Below are positions 14,721 through 23,168 of a stretch of DNA of 64,000 nucleotides, piece after piece. How positions within the stretch are numbered: position 1 is the stretch's first letter; every line of letters starts with the position of its first letter. This stretch comes from Escherichia coli (lineage in GTDB: Bacteria > Pseudomonadota > Gammaproteobacteria > Enterobacterales > Enterobacteriaceae): NCBI RefSeq assembly GCF_001677475.2, contig NZ_CP015229.1; one strand, 5' to 3'. Both the position numbers and the translations under genes were made by a program. The notes beneath the pieces are model-generated. The model did no database searches and had not been told where the DNA came from. It was given only the letters and a program-made list of their open reading frames with translations.

Positions 14721-15323
14721 ATGAAACAACAGTATCAGACCCGTTACGAGCTGCTCCATGAAAACTACCAGAAATGGCTGACCGGCTTCACCCGGCACGC
14801 CGTATCATGGGGCGTGTGTCATCCGAATATCTACTATTTCCATAATCTGACGCCCGGGTGGGTGTCATTCAATGGCGAAAAACCGGAGATTGCCATCGTT
14901 CCCCAGAGTCTGCACCGGCTGATTTATGGTCCGGACAAACGGAGCTCCCCGTCTCTGGGTGATGATCTGATAGTGAATTTATGCACCAGCGAACACCTGC
15001 TGGTTCATCATCCGATGCTGGAAGGGATCCTGCTATCTGAATGTGAGCGCCTGAAGCAACATTCTCTGGCAAACAAACTGATCAGCCTCTTCCGTCAGTT
15101 TGGCGGCACGGAGTTACGTCTCAAACTGGTCTGGCTCTGCTGGCTTGATTTAATGACCGGAAACAGCCTTGACGACTGGACGAAAAACCTGAAACACAAA
15201 TCAGAAAAAGATCTGGAGCAATGGATCATTGCACGTCAGGGTCAGAGTGAACCACTGACAAATCTGATGGATCAGTACGTGCTTATGGCATACCGTACAT
15301 CGGTTGATGCCGCTCACAGTTGA
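14721..15323 (+). CDS. Hypothetical protein (about 200 aa), no recognised family
   Basis: Uninterrupted ORF directly downstream of the AlpA-like gene, RBS-like GAGGA upstream; start choice (14706/14715/14721) uncertain. Confidence 0.4.
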   Translation: MKQQYQTRYELLHENYQKWLTGFTRHAVSWGVCHPNIYYFHNLTPGWVSFNGEKPEIAIVPQSLHRLIYGPDKRSSPSLGDDLIVNLCTSEHLLVHHPMLEGILLSECERLKQHSLANKLISLFRQFGGTELRLKLVWLCWLDLMTGNSLDDWTKNLKHKSEKDLEQWIIARQGQSEPLTNLMDQYVLMAYRTSVDAAHS

Positions 15324-16125
15324 TGTCTGAGAACCACAGGGCTGGCAGTTGAAAACCAGCCCTGTGGTAAAATACAGTAATAGCGGCGTACATCAGGCAC
15401 GCCGCTCACTCGTCCACAGATCATATACGTCATTATACTGCGCGATAACGGAGGGCTTCAGCACCCGGTCATTTCTGAGCGGGTATGAATACCATTGATG
15501 ATGCGAAGCAGCCACGGGCAGAAACGTTCTTCACAACCAGGTGCCTCCATCTTCACTGCAGGCTGAATGTGCCGGCTTGTTATCCACCAGATAATGGTAT
15601 GCTCCGGTACATGCATACCCCGGTGACTATAAACGCACTGAATCATAGCCTCCCACCTCAGCAGGAGGCAGTCAGCTTTCAGGCGGAAAAACGTTGCAGT
15701 TAAAGATCGTGAGAATCGCTGTTTCGTTGCATAGCAACCTGAACAGTTGTAGTGAAACATTTTCCTGCATCAGCACATGGTCAGGGGCCGTCTGTATGGC
15801 GTGGAATACTGATGTTTCGGCTGATGGCAAGCCTCATTCTCTGTGGAAAAAGGGGCGCGCATTAGCTTCTCAACCAGAGAGCGTCACAAAGACAAATATT
15901 GCTGAAAATCGCATTCATCGTTCAGACGTGAATGCCCGGAGACAAAAGCCGCTGTCCGTACAGCCCCCCTCTGACCTGAACAAAAAGCATACACACAACA
16001 GGCTCACCTGCCCCCGAAAAACCATAACTTCAGCAATACCAGTGACACCAGCACGTTACCTCAGTGCCACATCTTTAGACCGCGATCAATCTGAAATGTG
16101 ACTATCGGGGCAATATCCCTGCTTT

Positions 16126-16515
16126 GTGGTACACGATAACCAGAAAACATCCCCTGAACCGCCAGCCAGAAAGACTGGCCACAAAAGGGGTAAGCTGAAA
16201 TCGTTTATGGATTACATCGACATATGCCTAGCAGAGAATGTCCGGAATGACGAGATTATCTTTGCGGAGATTAAGGCAATGGGCTATACGGGCCGACGTT
16301 CCATGCCGCGTTACTACATTCAGCCCGGACGTAAAATGCGCCCGTCAAAAAGAACGGTTCGCTTCGAAACTCAGCCAGGATACCACCTCTCCGTCACACC
16401 CGGGAAGAAGTTGATATGGTGGTTGCCGGACAACAGCGCTCCTGGATTGACTGCTGCATCACTCAACCACGCTGAATATCAAAGGAGAGCGTTACCGGTT
16501 AAAAGAGAAACGTAA
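16126..16515 (+). pseudogene. IS21-family IstA N-terminal remnant
   Basis: PEPPARKTGHKRGKLKSFMDYIDICLAENVRNDEIIFAEIKAMGYTGRRSMPRYYIQPGRKMRPSKRTVRFETQPGY closely parallels the IS21 IstA N-terminal region as recalled; homology stops after about 80 residues. Confidence 0.55.
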
Positions 16516-17706
16516 AGCTATGGTGATGACCCAAAACGCAACGCCTGTCAGTGAGGATGAAATGGTGAAAAGCGGACAGCATCAGTAACGGAAGTATCTT
16601 AGCGGGTACGAAAATGGCAGGATCGTGACATTGACAGAATATCTCCTGATCATCTTGAATGACTGCAGTTGCTGTGGAAAAGTAAGCTATCTCCACCCAC
16701 GGCACCACTTAACAGGCATTCCGTAACTTCCCCCAGACTTACTATGACGCATTATCGGTGCACTGAAAACAGGAGAGTGCGCTTAAAACCGCAGACCGCA
16801 TGCGGGTGTTACTGCATGACAGTCTGGCCGTATTGTGAGATGTCGGCAGGAACCGATGTCCGCGCAGGGGGGAACTTCCTGTAGTACCTGACGCTTCAAA
16901 TGGTATTAACCGTAGGGCGTTGTTGGTTCCGGATCGCGGAAATGGGAGCACAGGTCTGCTACGGGGTGTACCTCTGACAGTAAATCCGGCTCGCTCATCT
17001 GACAGCCTCTCTCCCGGAAAAGACCAAAAATGAGATCGTCTCCTCAACAGCAGAGAAAAGGTCTTGACAGACAGGCTACATTGCATACGATTTATGAAGA
17101 AAAAGACAGCAAATATGGAGGTTATAGCGGAGAACACCCTACGAAATTCCTATGAAAAACGATTGGAAAAAATATCAAATTCGATTCGTTTTTATATGCT
17201 TTTTGGGAGCGTGGCGATGACGAACTGTTGCATGTACAGAGGAGAATGCACCCGGAAGCACCAGAATCATCCAGAAAGGCAGAACGATTACGCATCAAAC
17301 CAGGAGACAGCAATATCACGGTAATATACTGATTTAAAATGAATTTACAGCAATACGTGAAAACATTTTTTACTTAAAGGAGACAGATGCGCTGAAGAGA
17401 GTGCAGGTATTTTTATATAAAAATGAGAAGTTTACGGGATGTATATCCGGCACACTATGACCGGAGAATATCAGTCAAGCTTAAAAAGGCAATAAATACA
17501 GTGAGTTAAATACACAGAGAAAACGTAGTATCAGAGGGTACATCTTACAACAGAGACTGAATTTCCGGTTTTTCATAACCGGCGCATTTCGGAAAGTGCA
17601 GGCGGCCAGGAGGTTTTCTGACGCCACTACCTAGTAGATTGTTCTGTACATCATGTACGGAGGTTTTTGTTTGCTTTTTTAAAATCTGCAAATGTGAGAA
17701 GAGCAG

Positions 17707-18873
17707 GTGAGGTGTATTGTGGGAAAGGAACTGGATGATATCTGCACCAGCTGTCCGTATATCGATGCTGTAAAACGGCACAAACAACAGCTCGGTGCCA
17801 TAGAGGAATATACACAGTGGTTAAAAAAAGAACCACGGGCATCTTATTTTTTTCTGTTCCGGCTGTATACCCGCATTCACAATACATTTTTCCCCCAAAA
17901 GCAACAACTCCCGTTCACTCCCGGTGGCACTCACTGCCCGGAACCTGATGTCACCCTTCGGGACTTAACGCTTTCCCCGGGCTACCACAGTGATTATGCC
18001 CCTCACCCCATTCCGGAGATGGACAGTTCTATTGTTGTTCCCCCCACTAATGAAAACACCTCGCCTCCGGAAGATACTCCCGACAACACTCCGGCCGGAG
18101 GCAATACCGGACAAGCGGAAAAGACCAGAAACGCAGGACTCACACCCATTCCTGAAAAACGTTCAGGAATGCCCCCGGAACATCTGCGGTTTGCCATGGG
18201 TTTTCCATCGCAACCGAAGATTGCCGGTCCCAGAGAAAAGCCGATGCGCACCGTGCATCCGGATAATATCTACCGTGAAATTATATGGTTCTGCTCCAGT
18301 TACCTGCTGAAATCCGGACCAGAGGCTACGAGGACGATTATCAACTCAGTATTCTCTGAATGGGCCAGCATAAACAATGATTACCCCTCCCCCTTTTCGT
18401 GGGTGGACAGCAGGGACAGTGAACAGTGTGACTGGTTATGGAACGCCATGCAGGTCCGGTGTGTGGGAACCCCGCTGAATCCCCTTACCCCGGAGCAGAA
18501 ATACTGGTTCGCCTGCGCCACATTTGATAACTGGGAAGGCTGGAATGAGCAACAGGTACAGTTTTTACTGGAAAGTAATCCCAGACGAAACAGAGCGAAG
18601 TTTGCGATAAACTCCTTCCAGACTCTCGGGGTTAAACAGCATAAAGCAGTTCTTCTTGATGAACTGAAAAGTGCCCGGGAGCAACAAAAAAGGCGTGATG
18701 AACGTGCTGATGGTTCCGTCCCGCTGAAACTGTCCGGAAAAATCCACAAACAGCTTGAAAGTGTTGCCCGAAGTCGTGGTGTCCCCCCCAAAAAACTGCT
18801 GAATGAAATGATTGAGCAGGCGTACCGGGATTTGGTGGCAACCAGGCAGAACAGCCAGATCGATTCCAGATAA
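17707..18873 (+). CDS. Hypothetical protein with Pro/Thr-rich segment and C-terminal ribbon-helix-helix-like tail
   Basis: 388-codon ORF from GTG (first in-frame ATG at 18019); low-complexity PPTNENTSPPEDTPDNTP; C-terminal LKLSGKIHKQLESVARSRGVPPKKLLNEMIEQAY resembles an RHH/CopG-type motif. Confidence 0.4.
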   Translation: MRCIVGKELDDICTSCPYIDAVKRHKQQLGAIEEYTQWLKKEPRASYFFLFRLYTRIHNTFFPQKQQLPFTPGGTHCPEPDVTLRDLTLSPGYHSDYAPHPIPEMDSSIVVPPTNENTSPPEDTPDNTPAGGNTGQAEKTRNAGLTPIPEKRSGMPPEHLRFAMGFPSQPKIAGPREKPMRTVHPDNIYREIIWFCSSYLLKSGPEATRTIINSVFSEWASINNDYPSPFSWVDSRDSEQCDWLWNAMQVRCVGTPLNPLTPEQKYWFACATFDNWEGWNEQQVQFLLESNPRRNRAKFAINSFQTLGVKQHKAVLLDELKSAREQQKRRDERADGSVPLKLSGKIHKQLESVARSRGVPPKKLLNEMIEQAYRDLVATRQNSQIDSR

Positions 18874-18956
18874 TTTCAGACATATATTATCTCCGTGAAT
18901 CCCCCGCCACCTTTCCGGTGTGCGGGGTTTTGTCTTTTTTCACCGGGAATACATGT

Positions 18957-19829
18957 ATGAATCCGTCTGATGCCATTGAGGCAATTGAAAAACCACTTTC
19001 TTCCCTGCCTTACTCGCTTTCCCGTCACATCCTGGAACATCTGCGCAAACTCACCAGTCACGAACCCGTGATTGGCATTATGGGTAAAAGCGGGGCCGGT
19101 AAATCCTCACTCTGTAATGCGCTGTTTCAGGGGGAGGTCACACCGGTCAGTGATGTTCACGCCGGCACCCGGGAAGTGAAGCGTTTCCGTCTGAGTGGAC
19201 ACGGTCACAGCATGGTTATCACTGACCTGCCCGGGGTGGGCGAGAGCCGGGAGCGGGATGCAGAGTATGAAGCTCTGTACCGTGACATTCTGCCCGAACT
19301 GGACCTGGTACTGTGGCTGATTAAAACCGATGACCGTGCCCTGTCTGTGGATGAGTATTTCTGGCGACACATCCTGCACCGGGGACATCAGCAGGTGCTG
19401 TTTGTGGTGACGCAGGCCGATAAAACGGAGCCCTGCCATGAATGGGATATGGCCGGTATTCAGCCTTCTCCCGCACAGGCACAGAACATTCGCGAAAAAA
19501 CGGAGGCGGTATTCCGTCTGTTCCGGCCCGTACATCCGGTTGTGGCCGTATCGGCCCGCACCGGCTGGGAACTGGATACGCTGGTCAGTGCGCTCATGAC
19601 AGCGCTTCCCGACCATGCCGCCAGTCCCCTGATGACCCGCCTGCAGGACGAGCTGCGCACGGAATCTGTCCGCGCTCAGGCCCGTGAACAGTTTACCGGT
19701 GCGGTGGACCGGATATTTGACACGGCGGAGAGCGTCTGTATTGCCTCTGTTGCATGCACGGTTCTGCGTGCCGTCCGTGACACGGTGGTCTCTGTTGCCC
19801 GCGCTGTATGGAACTGGATTTTCTTCTGA
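18957..19829 (+). CDS. YeeP/YkfA/YfjP-family small GTPase
   Basis: P-loop GIMGKSGAGKSS, switch-like DLPGVGE and G4-like region; sits immediately upstream of the Ag43 gene as in CP4-44-type modules. Confidence 0.7.
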   Translation: MNPSDAIEAIEKPLSSLPYSLSRHILEHLRKLTSHEPVIGIMGKSGAGKSSLCNALFQGEVTPVSDVHAGTREVKRFRLSGHGHSMVITDLPGVGESRERDAEYEALYRDILPELDLVLWLIKTDDRALSVDEYFWRHILHRGHQQVLFVVTQADKTEPCHEWDMAGIQPSPAQAQNIREKTEAVFRLFRPVHPVVAVSARTGWELDTLVSALMTALPDHAASPLMTRLQDELRTESVRAQAREQFTGAVDRIFDTAESVCIASVACTVLRAVRDTVVSVARAVWNWIFF

Positions 19830-19944
19830 ACACTCTGCCAGGGGAAATGCCTGATTACATTGCGTTAACCAACTGAAAACATGACACAAACACCTCATAC
19901 CCCTCCTGTTTCTCTTGCGTGGCCGCCTTGTTATTAATAGAATA

Positions 19945-19988
19945 AAACGATCGATAAAACAGGTATCGATCGTTACTATCGATCGTTT
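19945..19988. promoter_or_regulatory. Ag43 phase-variation switch (three GATC sites, OxyR-binding region)
   Basis: GATC at 19949-19952, 19968-19971 and 19981-19984 within AACGATCGATAAAACAGGTATCGATCGTTACTATCGATCG, about 220 bp upstream of the Ag43 start codon. Confidence 0.7.
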
Positions 19989-20201
19989 ATAGTGGTTAAT
20001 GGCCTGCGAAAAGGCAGCTGAATCTCTTCATCATGCAGAACGGAATTGCACACAACGGACTGATACTTCTCTGGCGGATGAGAGAGGGGAAGCATTTATG
20101 TCCGGGAAAAACCACTTTATCTGACCATGCTGTTTTGTACCTGCCGGTATCCACATTTGTGGGTACCGGCTTTTTTATTCACCCTCTGTAAGGAAAAGCT
20201 G

Positions 20202-23048
20202 ATGAAACGACATCTGAACACCAGCTACAGGCTGGTATGGAATCACATTACAGGCACCCTGGTGGTGGCTTCCGAACTGGCACGCTCACGGGGAAAAGGC
20301 GCCGGTGTGGCGGTTGCTCTGTCTCTTGCTGCTGTCACGTCAGTCCCGGCACTGGCTGCTGACACGGTTGTACAGGCGGGAGAAACCGTGAACGGCGGAA
20401 CACTGACAAATCATGACAACCAGATTGTCCTCGGTACGGCCAACGGAATGACCATCAGTACCGGTCTGGAGTATGGGCCGGATAACGAGGCCAATACCGG
20501 CGGGCAATGGATACAAAATGGCGGTATCGCCAACAACACTACTGTCACCGGTGGTGGTCTTCAGAGAGTGAATGCCGGAGGAAGCGTTTCAGACACGGTT
20601 ATCAGTGCCGGAGGCGGACAGAGCCTTCAGGGGCAGGCAGTGAACACCACTCTGAACGGCGGTGAGCAGTGGGTACATGAAGGCGGGATTGCAACGGGTA
20701 CCGTCATTAATGAGAAGGGCTGGCAGGCCGTCAAATCCGGCGCAATGGCAACCGACACGGTTGTGAATACCGGCGCGGAAGGGGGACCGGATGCAGAAAA
20801 TGGTGATACCGGGCAGTTTGTTCGCGGAAATGCCGTACGTACCACCATCAATAAAAATGGTCGTCAGATTGTGGCTGCTGAAGGAACGGCAAATACCACT
20901 GTGGTTTATGCCGGCGGCGACCAGACTGTACATGGTCACGCACTGGATACCACGCTGAATGGGGGGTACCTGTATGTGCACAACGGCGGTACGGCGTCTG
21001 GCACTGTTGTAAACAGTGACGGCTGGCAGATTATCAAGGAAGGTGGTCTGGCGGATTTCACCACCGTTAACCAGAAAGGCAAACTGCAGGTGAACGCCGG
21101 TGGTACAGCCACGAATGTCACCCTGACGCAGGGAGGCGCACTGGTCACCAGTACGGCGGCAACCGTCACCGGCAGCAACCGTCTGGGCAATTTCACTGTG
21201 GAAAACGGTAATGCTGACGGTGTTGTTCTGGAGTCCGGTGGTCGCCTGGATGTACTGGAGGGCCATTCAGCGCAGAAAACATTGGTGGATGACGGCGCTA
21301 TCCTGGCAGTGTCTGCCGGTGGTAAGGCAACAGATGTCACCATGACATCCGGTGGTGCCCTGATTGCAGACAGTGGTGCCACTGTTGAGGGGACCAATGC
21401 CAGCGGTAAGTTCAGTATTGATGGCATATCCGGTCAGGCCAGCGGCCTGCTGCTGGAAAATGGCGGCAGCTTTACGGTTAATGCCGGGGGACAGGCTGGC
21501 AACACCACTGTCGGACATCGTGGAACACTGACGCTGGCTGCCGGGGGAAGTCTGAGTGGAAGAACACAGCTCAGTAAAGGCGCCAGTATGGTACTGAATG
21601 GTGATGTGGTCAGTACCGGCGATATTGTTAACGCAGGAGAGATTCACTTTGATAATCAGACGACACAGGATGCCGTACTGAGCCGTGCTGTTGCAAAAGG
21701 CGACTCCCCGGTAACGTTCCATAAACTGACCACCAGTAACCTCACCGGTCAGGGTGGCACCATCAATATGCGTGTTCGCCTTGATGGCAGCAATGCCTCT
21801 GACCAGCTGGTGATTAATGGTGGTCAGGCAACCGGCAAAACCTGGCTTGCGTTTACAAATGTCGGAAACAGTAACCTCGGGGTGGCAACCTCCGGACAGG
21901 GTATCCGGGTTGTGGATGCACAGAATGGTGCCACCACAGAAGAAGGTGCGTTTGCCCTGAGTCGCCCGCTTCAGGCCGGCGCCTTTAACTACACCCTGAA
22001 CCGTGACAGCGATGAAGACTGGTACCTGCGCAGTGAAAATGCTTATCGTGCTGAAGTCCCCCTGTATGCCTCCATGCTGACACAGGCAATGGACTATGAC
22101 CGGATTCTGGCAGGCTCCCGCAGCCATCAGACTGGTGTAAGCGGTGAAAATAACAGCGTCCGTCTCAGCATTCAGGGCGGTCATCTCTGTCACGATAACA
22201 ACGGCGGTATTGCCCGTGGAGCCACGCCGGAAAGCAGCGGCAGCTATGGCTTCGTCCGTCTGGAGGGTGACCTGCTCAGAACAGAGGTTGCCGGTATGTC
22301 TCTGACGACAGGGGTGTATGGTGCTGCAGGCCATTCTTCCGTTGATGTTAAGGATGATGACGGCTCCCGTGCCGGCACGGTCCGGGATGATGCCGACAGT
22401 CTGGGCGGATACCTGAATCTGGTACACACGTCCTCCGGCCTGTGGGCTGACATTGTGGCACAGGGAACCCGCCACAGCATGAAAGCGTCATCGGACAATA
22501 ACGACTTCCGCGCCCGGGGCTGGGGCTGGCTGGGCTCACTGGAAACTGGTCTGCCCTTCAGTATCACTGACAACCTGATGCTGGAGCCACAACTGCAGTA
22601 CACCTGGCAGGGGCTCTCCCTGGATGACGGCCAGGATAACGCCGGTTATGTGAAGTTCGGGCATGGCAGTGCACAACATGTGCGTGCCGGCTTCCGTCTG
22701 GGCAGCCACAACGATATGACCTTTGGCGAAGGCACCTCATCCCGTGACACTCTGCGCGACAGTGCAAAACACCGTGTGAGTGAACTGCCGGTGAACTGGT
22801 GGGTACAGCCTTCTGTTATCCGCACTTTCAGCTCCCGGGGTGACATGAGCATGGGTACAGCCGCAGCCGGCAGTAACATGACGTTCTCACCCTCACAGAA
22901 TGGCACATCACTGGACCTGCAGGCCGGACTGGAAGCCCGTGTCCGGGAAAATATCACCCTGGGCGTTCAGGCCGGTTATGCCCACAGTGTCAGCGGCAAC
23001 AGCGCTGAAGGCTATAACGGTCAGGCCACGCTGAATGTGACCTTCTGA
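20202..23048 (+). CDS. flu: Antigen 43 self-associating autotransporter
   Basis: MKRHLNTSYRLVWNHITGTLVVASELARSRGKGAGVAVALSLAAVTSVPALAADTVV N-terminus, repetitive beta-helical passenger, C-terminal beta-barrel ending ...GYNGQATLNVTF; 948 aa from the ATG at 20202. Confidence 0.9.
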   Translation: MKRHLNTSYRLVWNHITGTLVVASELARSRGKGAGVAVALSLAAVTSVPALAADTVVQAGETVNGGTLTNHDNQIVLGTANGMTISTGLEYGPDNEANTGGQWIQNGGIANNTTVTGGGLQRVNAGGSVSDTVISAGGGQSLQGQAVNTTLNGGEQWVHEGGIATGTVINEKGWQAVKSGAMATDTVVNTGAEGGPDAENGDTGQFVRGNAVRTTINKNGRQIVAAEGTANTTVVYAGGDQTVHGHALDTTLNGGYLYVHNGGTASGTVVNSDGWQIIKEGGLADFTTVNQKGKLQVNAGGTATNVTLTQGGALVTSTAATVTGSNRLGNFTVENGNADGVVLESGGRLDVLEGHSAQKTLVDDGAILAVSAGGKATDVTMTSGGALIADSGATVEGTNASGKFSIDGISGQASGLLLENGGSFTVNAGGQAGNTTVGHRGTLTLAAGGSLSGRTQLSKGASMVLNGDVVSTGDIVNAGEIHFDNQTTQDAVLSRAVAKGDSPVTFHKLTTSNLTGQGGTINMRVRLDGSNASDQLVINGGQATGKTWLAFTNVGNSNLGVATSGQGIRVVDAQNGATTEEGAFALSRPLQAGAFNYTLNRDSDEDWYLRSENAYRAEVPLYASMLTQAMDYDRILAGSRSHQTGVSGENNSVRLSIQGGHLCHDNNGGIARGATPESSGSYGFVRLEGDLLRTEVAGMSLTTGVYGAAGHSSVDVKDDDGSRAGTVRDDADSLGGYLNLVHTSSGLWADIVAQGTRHSMKASSDNNDFRARGWGWLGSLETGLPFSITDNLMLEPQLQYTWQGLSLDDGQDNAGYVKFGHGSAQHVRAGFRLGSHNDMTFGEGTSSRDTLRDSAKHRVSELPVNWWVQPSVIRTFSSRGDMSMGTAAAGSNMTFSPSQNGTSLDLQAGLEARVRENITLGVQAGYAHSVSGNSAEGYNGQATLNVTF

Positions 23049-23168
23049 CAGAACCATCGCCTCTTTGTGGTCCCGGTCATCATGATCGGGACCCGGACCG
23101 GCGCAACGGATATTCAACGCCACATTCGCTGGCATTAACAATAACATGATATTCATCACGGAGTGACT

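Noticed and set aside
19107-19898. 263-aa minus-strand ORF overlapping the GTPase gene
   Set aside because: Antisense to an ORF with clear P-loop GTPase motifs; no independent support.
21267-22475. 402-aa minus-strand ORF inside flu
   Set aside because: Fully antisense to the high-confidence Ag43 gene; long open frames are expected by chance in this GC-rich repetitive passenger region; no RBS or homology support.
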